Below are positions 17,152 through 26,787 of a stretch of 64,000 nucleotides of DNA, piece by piece. Both the position numbers and the translations under genes were made by a program. Source of the DNA: a virus (taxonomy: Duplodnaviria; Caudoviricetes); the IMG/VR virus record IMGVR_UViG_3300017914_000750, positions 1 to 64,000 of that record, one strand, 5' to 3'. Every line of letters starts with the position of its first letter. Position 1 is the stretch's first letter. The notes under the pieces are model-generated. The model saw only the letters and a list, made by a program, of their open reading frames with translations. It made no database searches and was not told the origin of the DNA.

Positions 17152-17757
17152 TCATTTTTTTTGGCATAATCTATCTGCTCTGTTTATTACATTCATATTA
17201 TTACCAATGACAATTGCCATGAAAGCATTTGTTGACCTAATGGTTGCCTTGTTTAGATTACCATTCTTTTTATCGTATTGAATTGCTGGTGTCAATACTG
17301 CAAACTTAGTAAGTGTCATATCACTGATTGAAGGTTGCCTACCAAACAATGGATTTGCTTCTTCAACACAATTGTATTTTAAACCACGATAAGTTGACCA
17401 TACATCAGCAACTTGTAAGAAGACAAACACTGTCCAGTCTAAATTAGAAGGGTGGTCAATCAGTTCCCAACGGTGTGTATATTCGAACTTTCTCTGATTT
17501 ACCCTTGACGAGTATTCTATCGACTTCCATAAAGCTTCGTGATGGACAGCAGTGATAAGTTCTTTCCGATAACAACAAGTCCACCCCATCATAATTTCGT
17601 GTTTGACCCTCGAGTCGAGCCCCAAGGTTGACGGCATCTCCAATGACGGAATAGTCAAATCTAACTTCTGACCCCATGTTTCCGACAATACATTCTCCTG
17701 TGCTGATACCAATGCCGACATTAATAGGAGGGAGATTGAGAGGAGAAAGTTCTTCAT
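17152..17757 (-). CDS. Predicted exported/membrane protein overlapping the cyclase gene
   Basis: Signal peptide MKNFLLSISLLLMSALVSA-QE; C-terminal D..ST..G....EANP membrane domain. Confidence 0.65.
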   Translation of the reverse strand: MKNFLLSISLLLMSALVSAQENVLSETWGQKLDLTIPSLEMPSTLGLDSRVKHEIMMGWTCCYRKELITAVHHEALWKSIEYSSRVNQRKFEYTHRWELIDHPSNLDWTVFVFLQVADVWSTYRGLKYNCVEEANPLFGRQPSISDMTLTKFAVLTPAIQYDKKNGNLNKATIRSTNAFMAIVIGNNMNVINRADRLCQKK

Positions 17758-19306
17758 TTAATTCTTTAGTTGCTTGTAATACTTCAAGTGCAGATTTAAC
17801 GGCGAGGTCTGCGTGGTCTTCACAATCAAGGGGAGCATTCCAAAATGCCATTATACAGTCGCCCATGTATTTGTCGATTGTTCCTTTATTATTTATTATA
17901 ATCTTGGTTTGGACATCTAAAAATTTGTTTATCAAGTCTACTAATCCTTCGGGGTCGTCTTTGTTCTTATAAGCTTCTGATATAGGAGTGAACCCACATA
18001 TGTCCATGAACATGAAGGTCATTTCCTTTCTTTCTCCACCAAGTCTCAATTTTTCGGGGTTTTTAGCCAGTTCGTCAACCATGTCGGGAGATAAATATTT
18101 TTGGAACTGCTTCTTAATTTGTTCTTTGAGTTGATAGGTCTTATAATATTTGTTGAAGGAAGCATGTCCGAAAACAATTATGGAGGCTATCGATGAGTAG
18201 AAAGTATCGAAAAGAACGAGAGATGAAGACCACCAATAGAGACCCCCACCCACCTGAAATCCAACAATACCTAGACTCACTATCCCCGAGTAAATTGTGG
18301 GAAGTCTGTAAACCACTACCAATATTCCTAGAAGGACTATCAGAAGAAGAACGAGAGATACAAATTCAAGATAGTAGGATTGTTGTATTAGAACTCCTGT
18401 GGAGACGGAGTGGAGGATATTGGCTTGAACTTCATGGGGATACATTACACCCACTGGGGTTGAAACTGGATTATTCAGACCCTCAGCTGTCAGACCCCAA
18501 ACAAGAATCTTACCCTGAATATCTGACTTAGGTAAATCAACTGCAGATATTCTTTGAAACTCATTCCAATATGATATCATAATGTCTGCAGTAGGAGTTG
18601 TTTCAATAGGAGGTTGTCTTCCTATTCTAATCCATTCTATTCCTACTTCGTCTGTAACTTTAGTTTGATAATTCTTTTGGTCAAACATTGCACGAAGAAC
18701 TTCTAGTGCAACGGAAGGATATACAACACCATTTGCAGATATAATCAACGGTGCAGAACGAACTGTTCCGTCAAAGTTTGCAGTTCCATTTACAGCTGGA
18801 GTTGTAACTGTAACACCTGAACCATATGAATTTTGTTCTAGTATCGGTATCGGTGAAGATATTCCTGAGAAGTTCCATATGTGTTCTGATATATCTCCAC
18901 CCCCAAACACGGAAGTCCTGACATATGGTGCTGACCCTGAGTCCTTTTGTATAGTTGGTGCAGCTGAAAGTATACTCAGCCGATTGACTAATCCTTCTGC
19001 AAATGCTTCGTCTCCTGAAAATCTATCGGGTTCTTTGAATAGTTGAGTATATACATGAGTGTTTGAGTAATGAGTATCAAACATGATATCTGCATATATG
19101 TTTCTTGGCCATGGATACTGACCATATTTTTCTAATGACCTTTCGTCTATATCGACAAGAACAATATTATCTACTTGTTCTATTTCTTTTGATTGGTGTA
19201 GAAAATCAAACCATGACCATGTGATATTTTCTACGAGATAGGGATTCCATATTTTAAGTCCGAATAGTAACCCTATAGTTACTAGGACGGTTTTCCACGA
19301 ATACAT
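17456..19306 (-). CDS. CHASE2-domain class III adenylate cyclase
   Basis: IVLVDIDERSL..YGQYPWPR (CHASE2), three TM helices, FMDICGFT, DKYMGDCIMAFW, GDAVNLGARLE. Confidence 0.93.
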   Translation of the reverse strand: MYSWKTVLVTIGLLFGLKIWNPYLVENITWSWFDFLHQSKEIEQVDNIVLVDIDERSLEKYGQYPWPRNIYADIMFDTHYSNTHVYTQLFKEPDRFSGDEAFAEGLVNRLSILSAAPTIQKDSGSAPYVRTSVFGGGDISEHIWNFSGISSPIPILEQNSYGSGVTVTTPAVNGTANFDGTVRSAPLIISANGVVYPSVALEVLRAMFDQKNYQTKVTDEVGIEWIRIGRQPPIETTPTADIMISYWNEFQRISAVDLPKSDIQGKILVWGLTAEGLNNPVSTPVGVMYPHEVQANILHSVSTGVLIQQSYYLEFVSLVLLLIVLLGILVVVYRLPTIYSGIVSLGIVGFQVGGGLYWWSSSLVLFDTFYSSIASIIVFGHASFNKYYKTYQLKEQIKKQFQKYLSPDMVDELAKNPEKLRLGGERKEMTFMFMDICGFTPISEAYKNKDDPEGLVDLINKFLDVQTKIIINNKGTIDKYMGDCIMAFWNAPLDCEDHADLAVKSALEVLQATKELNEELSPLNLPPINVGIGISTGECIVGNMGSEVRFDYSVIGDAVNLGARLEGQTRNYDGVDLLLSERTYHCCPSRSFMEVDRILVKGKSEKVRIYTPLGTD

Positions 19307-20001
19307 TATTGTTGTGTTACATTAACCGTGCAACCACCAACTGTATAACAGTTTTGGGTTAGTGTATATGATTGATTTGTTGAACCTTGTTGTAAAAGAT
19401 TTAAAGTTGTATGTTGTGTTCCTTGTAATCTAATTTGTGCATTATGATTACCGCTTCCTTTTTGCATAACATCTGTAACAGAATCGTCTGAAATTCCATA
19501 GAAGTATACATGACTGTAATGTGTTCCTGTTCCCTCTTGCCAATTCTCATGAGTTACACCGTCAACATGGATATCTAAATTGTGAGTATGGTCTCCACTT
19601 TGATAGATATCTACTTCATTATTATTACCCCATATGTGTCTACCATATGTTGCACCGTCATATTGAACTACTGTTTCAGTATTACCTGAACCGTCAACAT
19701 CACCACCCCATGATTTACCTGAACCCCAATATGAAACCCATGATACAGAATTACCTACTCCGTATTGTGTAATATTAAATTCATTGTTTGCATGGTCAAA
19801 AGAGAAGTTGATTGTATTTCCATATCCTAACTGTTGGAGATTTAATTCTACATTATCTCCTCCATTCAGTTGTTCTACATGGATATGATTATCATCAGTT
19901 GGGCCTGCAAATACTGGTGCAACTATGAGCATAAATGGAGCCCAAGGTGCAACCCAGTATTTGAAAAATGTTTTTTTAAATCCCTTTAAAAAATCAACCA
20001 T
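19306..20001 (-). CDS. Curlin-repeat secreted protein (CsgA/CsgB-like)
   Basis: Signal peptide ending VFA-G; repeated Q.G..N beta-arc units; start moved to MVDFLK. Confidence 0.7.
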   Translation of the reverse strand: MVDFLKGFKKTFFKYWVAPWAPFMLIVAPVFAGPTDDNHIHVEQLNGGDNVELNLQQLGYGNTINFSFDHANNEFNITQYGVGNSVSWVSYWGSGKSWGGDVDGSGNTETVVQYDGATYGRHIWGNNNEVDIYQSGDHTHNLDIHVDGVTHENWQEGTGTHYSHVYFYGISDDSVTDVMQKGSGNHNAQIRLQGTQHTTLNLLQQGSTNQSYTLTQNCYTVGGCTVNVTQQ

Positions 20002-20132
20002 ATTAATAATCCTAAAATAAGACCTTTTGCATATGCAATCCACATTGCGTGGTATTCTGATATTTGAAGTCTTTCTATCCACTTATAAGTCAAATCTTCA
20101 TGCCATGATAAAAATTTGTGTAAGTAGTCCAT
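19986..20132 (-). CDS. Small membrane protein (48 aa)
   Basis: Hand translation MDYLHKFLSWHEDLTYKWIERLQISEYHAMWIAYAKGLILGLLIWLIF; AGGAG RBS; ACTAAATA promoter at 20151-58. Confidence 0.7.
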   Translation of the reverse strand: MDYLHKFLSWHEDLTYKWIERLQISEYHAMWIAYAKGLILGLLIWLIF

Positions 20133-20153
20133 ATTTTCTCCTTAAATAAGTAT

Positions 20154-21305
20154 TTAGTTAGATTGATTAATGAAGATTTGAATAGCTGGGTCTCCATTTC
20201 CAAATTCTATAATACCTTCGTATCCTTCTACTCTTGTATTAATGAAACCTGAATTACCATTTGCAATGATAATTTCTATGATTCCATTTACATCTCTGAA
20301 GAATACTAGATTACCGTCTTCTTCAAATATATTATATTGTGAGTCTTTATTAAATCCAAAGCTTGCACCCTGTAAATTTACTCCCCCACTTGTTGCTTGT
20401 TTATCTTCAAGAGAGGCTGTTGTTCTTGTTAATTCTTCTACGACATCTAAAACATCTACAAGAAAATCAACATCTAAAAAATCTATATCTAATCTTCCAC
20501 CCCTTGCATCATAATCGGGGTCTTCTGCATAGTCGTCATAGTCCTTTTCTAGTTCATTGAACTCTAAAAAGTCTACATCTAATACACCCGAATCATCGTT
20601 CATATCTTCTCTAGCTTGTTCTTCTACGGCCTCCTGAACCTCCTGAGGCGGTGATACAATGAACATATTGTCTATCATAGAGGTTGTTAAGTTATTAATA
20701 ACAACTGAATTTGTAGGTGGTGTTTCTCTTGTAGACACCATTGTTGCTTGATATGCCTGATTTAGTGTTATACTTCCACCTTCATTTGATACAACTATCT
20801 CACCTGAAGGTGTTACTCCGTCTTCATCGGGAAGCAAAATAACCAATGTTCTTCCGAGTTCATCTATGGTTGTTGTAAAATCTGTCCCGTTGATTGCAAT
20901 TTGAGCTGTCGGTGTGCTGATATCTATATTTGCTTTCTTTATTTTATTACCTTTGCCCGAAGCAAAACGGGCGGTTCCTTGAACCATTCTCAAGGACATT
21001 TTTGATAGTGAAGGGTTTGGGTCGTAGTATACTTCGTCTATGTATACTTCAGTGTGTTCTATTAAGTCTAGTTCTTCTGCATCTAAGAACTCTATTTTCA
21101 TTCGACCATTTACGGTCTCTGCAACATCATATAATTCTATTCCATAACCAACAAACTGTTGTGTTGCTTCATTGTTACGAACAATTTGACCAACACCTGT
21201 TGATTCAACTATGTCACCAATGGAGTCAGCATAACTGACTCCACTGAATAACAACAAACTAAGAATCGTTTGACGAATCTTTTTGATTGATTTGAATAAC
21301 AGCAT
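20154..21305 (-). CDS. Periplasmic FecR-domain protein
   Basis: Signal peptide ending SYA-D; D.AET.NG.M.I.FLD, GTARFASG, TPTAQIAINGTDF. Confidence 0.85.
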   Translation of the reverse strand: MLLFKSIKKIRQTILSLLLFSGVSYADSIGDIVESTGVGQIVRNNEATQQFVGYGIELYDVAETVNGRMKIEFLDAEELDLIEHTEVYIDEVYYDPNPSLSKMSLRMVQGTARFASGKGNKIKKANIDISTPTAQIAINGTDFTTTIDELGRTLVILLPDEDGVTPSGEIVVSNEGGSITLNQAYQATMVSTRETPPTNSVVINNLTTSMIDNMFIVSPPQEVQEAVEEQAREDMNDDSGVLDVDFLEFNELEKDYDDYAEDPDYDARGGRLDIDFLDVDFLVDVLDVVEELTRTTASLEDKQATSGGVNLQGASFGFNKDSQYNIFEEDGNLVFFRDVNGIIEIIIANGNSGFINTRVEGYEGIIEFGNGDPAIQIFINQSN

Positions 21306-22002
21306 TATCACTTGTAATATCCAATGTGATGTTTGCATTAGGTGTTGAACAACTATTGCCTGCACCACTTACACATGAACCTGAAATCTGATTAATATCA
21401 ACATCAGCTGAATCACCTTCTAGAGTAAAGTTTAAAGTTTGCTCTCCGTCATTCTGCAATGTATTGATATTATTAGATGAACCTGTAACATCAAAGTTCC
21501 ATGTTAAATCATCGGACTCCCAATCTATATCAAATATATTTGAGCTTCCAATTAAAACTAAATCGGCATTTAGTCTTTCTGCACTTAAACCATAACCTTG
21601 GTCAAGGTCAAACTGGTTACTAGACCCAGTAACATCAAAGTTGATATCTGAGTCATCTGTGCTACCTTGATAACCAATATTCCAATCTATCTTATTTGAA
21701 TCACCAGTAAAATCCAACTTGATTGTTGAATCGTCTGATACTAATGGCCCAAAAAGAATATTAGAGTTACCGTTAAAATCAAAATCTAAATCCAGTCCTG
21801 AACCTGTGATTGTCATTGCAGATAGGGAACCCCCACTTGCATCGTCTCCACCAACTTTGTTACCAAATCCTACTTGGTCAATATAAAGTTTTAGAGTATC
21901 ACCAGTCTGAGTGATTTTAATTTCGTTATCATCAGTGGCTTGTGCGAAAAGAATATTTGTCGACATTAATGCAATTATGCATAAACTAATTATTTTCTTC
22001 AT
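21259..22002 (-). CDS. Curlin-like secreted beta-solenoid protein
   Basis: Signal peptide; ~23-aa repeats with G.SN; acidic; directly follows csgG. Confidence 0.7.
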   Translation of the reverse strand: MKKIISLCIIALMSTNILFAQATDDNEIKITQTGDTLKLYIDQVGFGNKVGGDDASGGSLSAMTITGSGLDLDFDFNGNSNILFGPLVSDDSTIKLDFTGDSNKIDWNIGYQGSTDDSDINFDVTGSSNQFDLDQGYGLSAERLNADLVLIGSSNIFDIDWESDDLTWNFDVTGSSNNINTLQNDGEQTLNFTLEGDSADVDINQISGSCVSGAGNSCSTPNANITLDITSDNAVIQINQKDSSNDS

Positions 22003-22888
22003 TTTCGTTTACCTCTTTTATTTCCCAAAAACCTCTATCGTGTCCTTGGTATATTAATTCCAACACGGCTGCCTCAACAGCAGACCTTGTTGCGTAAGTC
22101 ACTGATTCATTATTACCCACTCCGTCCTCGATTTCTACGAGTTGAGTTCCTTCCTCAATGAAACGGAAGACATCTCCACCCGAACCATATGATAAAATGG
22201 TCTTACGAGTTTGGACATTTAATAAAACTTCTCCAGTAAGAACTGAAACAGCTCTCAAGGAGATTGTGACAGCGTCTTGTCGATACTGTCTACTAAAACC
22301 AATTCCGAGGGTTCGTGCGCCTCGACCCCCAGTCTTGATATTAGAATCATACCCAATGATACCACCTTCGATAATTATTCCAGCGAATAGCAAAGGTTGT
22401 ATCCCTTCATCCGTTTGGTCGGTCTTCTTTGCATAATCTGACCTTGCAGAACGAATGATTTGTCTTTCACGGACTAAATGGTCTATACCGTTTCTTTCAA
22501 CGACACGGAACCATGTCCCACCTCCAGCAGTTTTAAGTGCGTCTATAACCATTTCAGTTGCACCTTGGGTAACTGCAGTAGAGAAACTTGCAATGTTAGT
22601 AACTGATTTTCTTTGTCCTGTTTTGTCTAGTATATTGTAAACTGCAACTATAGGTTTTTCTTCTGCTGGTGGTAAATTTAATAATTCAACATAAGCTGGA
22701 AGTTTTACAACTGTTGGATTTTCTACACAAATATACTTTCTTGATAATTGTTTTTTGACACCTGAATACAAGTCTTTACTAAAACCTTCATTCCAGCGGT
22801 CGCAGTCTTGAGGTGATTCACTCCATTGCGGAAAACTTGCACACCCCGACAATGCAATGACCATTGCCAGTAGACCTACTCTTAACAT
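21986..22888 (-). CDS. csgG: Curli secretion channel CsgG (lipoprotein)
   Basis: Lipobox LSGC; AVY...DKTGQRK, STAVTQG, WFRVVER, ERQIIR, EGGIIGYD, G..NE. Confidence 0.93.
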   Translation of the reverse strand: MLRVGLLAMVIALSGCASFPQWSESPQDCDRWNEGFSKDLYSGVKKQLSRKYICVENPTVVKLPAYVELLNLPPAEEKPIVAVYNILDKTGQRKSVTNIASFSTAVTQGATEMVIDALKTAGGGTWFRVVERNGIDHLVRERQIIRSARSDYAKKTDQTDEGIQPLLFAGIIIEGGIIGYDSNIKTGGRGARTLGIGFSRQYRQDAVTISLRAVSVLTGEVLLNVQTRKTILSYGSGGDVFRFIEEGTQLVEIEDGVGNNESVTYATRSAVEAAVLELIYQGHDRGFWEIKEVNENEENN

Positions 22889-23391
22889 TAAGAACCTCCG
22901 TCACCGCCACCAGTATCGGGGTCTTGACCAAAGTTACCTGTTCCTACTGGAATCTCAACTATGGTTTCAGAACCGTCTTCTGCGACGATTGTTAATCTAA
23001 TAAACTCTGCACCTGATTCATCTGTTATAACTTCCCATGTGATTATGTTTCCTTCTAATGCAAAGGAACCGAATCCTGCTGGATTGTCGTTTGAAAACAT
23101 AGATTCAACTAATTGTTTTGCAAACTGAGCATAGATTCTGCTTTCTAAGTTCCTGATAAATTTAGCAAGGGTGGTGTTTTCTGCTTCTCTTTCTGCAGCT
23201 TTTCTCGCTGCCTCAAGTGCATCTTCGATTGATTTCTTACGCGAGAACTCCTGATTCTCGATTGTAAGATAATGGGCTCCAGTTCCGACTCCACTGAAGC
23301 TTGGATTTTTAAACTTATGAACTATTTCATCTGCATGTGCAGTGAAACTAAAAATTAAAACTAAAAAAGATATTGGTAATACAAATCTCAT
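22888..23391 (-). CDS. csgF: Curli assembly protein CsgF
   Basis: Signal peptide AHA-D; FKNPSFSG; FIRNLESRIYAQ. Confidence 0.85.
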   Translation of the reverse strand: MRFVLPISFLVLIFSFTAHADEIVHKFKNPSFSGVGTGAHYLTIENQEFSRKKSIEDALEAARKAAEREAENTTLAKFIRNLESRIYAQFAKQLVESMFSNDNPAGFGSFALEGNIITWEVITDESGAEFIRLTIVAEDGSETIVEIPVGTGNFGQDPDTGGGDGGS

Positions 23392-23678
23392 TTTTTCTTT
23401 TTCTCCTCTAGAGCTTTCTTTTCCTCAGCGTCTTGTAATATTTCCTGAGTTTCTTTATACTCTAATACTGTATTGACTTTCTGCTGAAGTCTTATCAAAT
23501 CATTATCTAACATTCTGATTTGGTCGAGTAGTTTTATGAGATTGCCGTTTGTTTTACTTAAGGTTGGTTTCAATTCCTCCGTTACAAACTTCCAAACGAA
23601 ATAAATGAAATACCCCATTCCTAGTGCAAGGACTACGGGGAATCCGAACTCTGAAATTAATTGTGCTAATTTGTCCAT
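23388..23678 (-). CDS. Small single-TM coiled-coil protein
   Basis: EFGFPV TM helix; RMLDNDLIRL; paralogous to the adjacent gene. Confidence 0.75.
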   Translation of the reverse strand: MDKLAQLISEFGFPVVLALGMGYFIYFVWKFVTEELKPTLSKTNGNLIKLLDQIRMLDNDLIRLQQKVNTVLEYKETQEILQDAEEKKALEEKKKK

Positions 23679-23971
23679 TAATCTCTTCTTGCATCGACCT
23701 TTCCGTCCTCTAGAAAATTCTCTGCTCTTGCAATCCTATCGATATCGGGCTTGAGTTCCAATGCCGAGGATATTAATAAATCTATCTTAATCATGTCATT
23801 GTTCATTTGTCTAACTCTAGACTCCAATGACCCTATAATATTGTATAGTCCATTCACTTGTCCTACTACTGACTCAAGGATATATCTTAAAGTTAGGAAG
23901 ATAAAGAACGCCATAACTACAGCAGTTCCTATCGGGACTCCTACTTCACTCAAAAACGATAACATATCCAT
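23678..23971 (-). CDS. Small single-TM coiled-coil protein
   Basis: EVGVPI TM helix; RQMNNDMIKI; TATAAATA 5 nt before the ATG. Confidence 0.75.
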   Translation of the reverse strand: MDMLSFLSEVGVPIGTAVVMAFFIFLTLRYILESVVGQVNGLYNIIGSLESRVRQMNNDMIKIDLLISSALELKPDIDRIARAENFLEDGKVDARRD

Positions 23972-24006
23972 ACCATTATTTATACTTTTGAGTTTGTTGT
24001 AGGCCT

Positions 24007-24031
24007 AAAAAAGGGGACTTGAAGTCCCCTT
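24007..24031 (-). terminator. Intrinsic terminator
   Basis: AAGGGGACT-TCA-AGTCCCCTT followed by a T tract. Confidence 0.8.
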
Positions 24032-24046
24032 AGTGTGTATTCAAAA

Positions 24047-24328
24047 TCACTTTCTGAGCTGTGAATGAATGTCGTTTATTACGCTTGCTTTTGAACCACT
24101 CTTTTTGATTTTGAGATTTTTCTTATCTGCAAATTCAACTAATTGGTTCTTAGTAAGTTTTTTCAATTCCGCCTTTGAAGTAATACCGTTATTGTTCTTG
24201 TCTGCAACCACGGGTTTCGAAGGTTTTTTAACTGCAGTCTTTTTGACTACTGGTTTCTTCTTGGAGGTATCTCTCCATAAGAGTCCACCTACTATTGCAA
24301 GGAATAATAATATCGCAATATATTCCAT
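24047..24328 (-). CDS. Membrane-anchored basic protein with a C-terminal HeH/Rho-N-like helical motif
   Basis: N-terminal TM; ELKKLTKNQLVEFA. Confidence 0.7.
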   Translation of the reverse strand: MEYIAILLFLAIVGGLLWRDTSKKKPVVKKTAVKKPSKPVVADKNNNGITSKAELKKLTKNQLVEFADKKNLKIKKSGSKASVINDIHSQLRK

Positions 24329-24363
24329 AATTATTTCCTCAATTATTAATAATATTTAGGTTT

Positions 24364-24537
24364 TTAGTCCTTGGCCTTTCCGACATTAAGTGCAACCCAA
24401 TCAAGAACTTTATAAGCTTTCTTGACTAAGCCGTCGTCCACTGGTGTAGGTGTAAGAGCTGCAACTAATGATGCACCCATTACCAACCAAGGTATCACTT
24501 GAATCCATGCTATAATCCATTGTAGGAATTCTAACAT
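24364..24537 (-). CDS. Small membrane protein (57 aa), possible holin
   Basis: Hand translation MLEFLQWII...ASLVAALTPTPVDD...ALNVGKAKD; AGGAG RBS. Confidence 0.7.
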   Translation of the reverse strand: MLEFLQWIIAWIQVIPWLVMGASLVAALTPTPVDDGLVKKAYKVLDWVALNVGKAKD

Positions 24538-24586
24538 ATTTTCTCCTATCGAATACCCTTTATGATATTCGTAGGTATATTTAGGG

Positions 24587-24991
24587 TTAATTAGACCCTA
24601 TAGAGTATTTAGTGGTTAATTTCCAGTGGTTTTTTTCCTTAAAAGGAATGATTTTAATTTGGGACAAAGGTGCTTTTGGTTCAGAAATTTGTTGCTTATC
24701 AACAACTGAAACTAGATTCCATTGCTCTAATAATGAGACAATTGTATTTCTTCTACCAATATCTGACTCGTCTATGTTGGTTGGTTTACCGTCTAACTTG
24801 AATAGTTCTTTGAAATGGGTAATGTAATACTTACCCCTTTTGTGTAGGATATGACATGACTGGAAGAGTTCTTGTTCCCTTCTAGAGGCAACTCCTATGC
24901 GTGATAAGGTTTCCCTAATCTTTAGGAAGTCGTCTTTTTCGGGAAATGTGACCTCGACTAGGTCTTTAATTATGTCTTCTTGGTTATCCAT
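24587..24991 (-). CDS. regA: Translational repressor RegA
   Basis: DDFLKIRETLSRIG, QSCHILHKRG.YYI.HFKE. Confidence 0.96.
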   Translation of the reverse strand: MDNQEDIIKDLVEVTFPEKDDFLKIRETLSRIGVASRREQELFQSCHILHKRGKYYITHFKELFKLDGKPTNIDESDIGRRNTIVSLLEQWNLVSVVDKQQISEPKAPLSQIKIIPFKEKNHWKLTTKYSIGSN

Positions 24992-25376
24992 TATCCTTAC
25001 CACCAGTTTTCATACTGTTTTTCAATTCTCGAATCTGTTTGTCTGATAAGATTTCTGCATAGTCTTTTGCTTCCTTTGTAGATATCTTATAATAACTCTT
25101 AACAGTATCGATTTTTTTACTAATATATGGCTTCTGCCATTTGGAAAATCTTTGTCTTTTCCTAAGAGTATTTAGGAAAAACATGTATTGAAGACGATTG
25201 TCTACACCATGTCTGACATTCATTTCGTTAGTAAGAAAAACAGCATCTTGGTGATAAGATAATGCTTTATTAATTAAGAATGGTTGATATGCTTTCTCTT
25301 CGACCTCATCAACCATGAGGTCTTTTTTGTCGTAAGAGACCGACTTTACAAAATCAAAAGGATTTCGTTTAGACAT
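24984..25376 (-). CDS. gp62: Clamp loader small subunit
   Basis: Y.PFLIN..LS, NEMN, QY.F; synteny with gp44 and regA. Confidence 0.9.
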   Translation of the reverse strand: MSKRNPFDFVKSVSYDKKDLMVDEVEEKAYQPFLINKALSYHQDAVFLTNEMNVRHGVDNRLQYMFFLNTLRKRQRFSKWQKPYISKKIDTVKSYYKISTKEAKDYAEILSDKQIRELKNSMKTGGKDNG

Positions 25377-25638
25377 GTCTGAGATATTCGTCTAACAGTG
25401 CGTCACCTTTGAGTTCTGTCCCAAAGTAAACTGTATATCCGTCATGTGTTTTTCTTTCAATGAGTCCACTATTATATTGGATATCCATTACAGATTTTCC
25501 GTCTTCAGTGTCTTGAGGACGATTATCATACCACATTGAATTAAGTGAATGTGCATGAATATTTTTAATGTCCTTTGCCCATTTCTCTGCTTTTAATAAG
25601 TCCCTTTGTTTTTGAACTCTGTCATCATATTGTGTCAT
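25369..25638 (-). CDS. Hypothetical protein
   Basis: 89 aa ORF with GAGG RBS. Confidence 0.65.
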   Translation of the reverse strand: MTQYDDRVQKQRDLLKAEKWAKDIKNIHAHSLNSMWYDNRPQDTEDGKSVMDIQYNSGLIERKTHDGYTVYFGTELKGDALLDEYLRHV

Positions 25639-25736
25639 TTTTTACCTCTCTCAAATAACTTGTTTGCTTGTCTTTGAAAAGACTTTTCTACTTGTTTATC
25701 AAACCATTTATAAAACCATTGTCTGAGTTTACCCAT
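25635..25736 (-). CDS. Small hypothetical protein (33 aa)
   Basis: Hand translation MGKLRQWFYKWFDKQVEKSFQRQANKLFERGKK; overlaps both neighbours. Confidence 0.5.
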   Translation of the reverse strand: MGKLRQWFYKWFDKQVEKSFQRQANKLFERGKK

Positions 25737-26673
25737 CTTTGAATTTACACTCCGACATAATCTCAGTCATACATGCAACGAAATTGATTTCTGAATCCAT
25801 TGCAAAAGCTGACTTGTATTGATAGTCTGCAATAAACAAAACTGCAGCTGGTATTGAACTTGGTTCCAATCTAGACTCAAGTGCATTGAACACCTTTCTA
25901 TATAGAGTATTGAAGTCGTTATCAGAATTTTGTCCAACCCATTTTCTCATTCCACCCCAGTTTTTATTTGCCAACATGTCAATCAATGGTGTAAGTTTTT
26001 CTTCTGAAAGTGTAGATAATAATCCACTATCAATTACACCACTTGCACCATATCTTTGAACCTCATTGATACACCTTCTGAAGTCGGGAAAGAATTTGAT
26101 AACTAATTCAACTAGAACCTTTTGGTCATACTTGATACTTTCGTTATCACAAATCTCCATAAGTCTTGCAAGAAATACTGAAGCAAGTCTTTGTTTTTCA
26201 TCGGGTGTCATTGAGAAATCAATAACAGTTGTTCTTGAATGTAGAGGTGGTATGATTCTATTCTTGTAGTTACAAGTAAAAATGAATCTACAGTTACTTG
26301 AGAACTCCTCTATGAAGTTTCTCAAAGCTGGTTGAACTGAGTCTGCAGAAATATAATCTGCCTCGTCCAGTATAACAACCTTGGGTGCATTCGACAATGA
26401 TACAGTCGAAGCAAAGTTTTTGATTTTTGTTCTTAGGGTATCAATCAATCTACCTTCGTCTGACCCATTGATTACAATAAAGTCTGCACCAAGTTCATTA
26501 CATAATGCTTTTGCAATTGTTGTTTTACCAACACCAGCAGAACCACATAACATGAGATTAGGAATCTCACCTTGTTTAACGAACTCTTCGAAAGTTGATT
26601 TGATTGAAGCAGGTAGTATCGTGTCCTCAATTGTTTGAGGACGATACTTTTCTACAAATAGAAATTCATTCAT
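25729..26673 (-). CDS. gp44: Clamp loader large subunit
   Basis: VEKYRP, GSAGVGKTT, LDEAD, SRT. Confidence 0.97.
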   Translation of the reverse strand: MNEFLFVEKYRPQTIEDTILPASIKSTFEEFVKQGEIPNLMLCGSAGVGKTTIAKALCNELGADFIVINGSDEGRLIDTLRTKIKNFASTVSLSNAPKVVILDEADYISADSVQPALRNFIEEFSSNCRFIFTCNYKNRIIPPLHSRTTVIDFSMTPDEKQRLASVFLARLMEICDNESIKYDQKVLVELVIKFFPDFRRCINEVQRYGASGVIDSGLLSTLSEEKLTPLIDMLANKNWGGMRKWVGQNSDNDFNTLYRKVFNALESRLEPSSIPAAVLFIADYQYKSAFAMDSEINFVACMTEIMSECKFKDG

Positions 26674-26787
26674 AAGAGTAAACTCCCCGCCGAGTCTACA
26701 GTGTTATTCACCCTTGAAGATTGATGAGATTGAATAACTCCCGTATGCATTGTAGAGACTGGCACAATACTTACACTAATATATAGG

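Noticed and set aside
17152-23984. Host chromosomal contamination or prophage boundary
   Set aside because: Same strand, late promoters and same site-avoidance pattern as the core phage genes; no integrase or att site seen.
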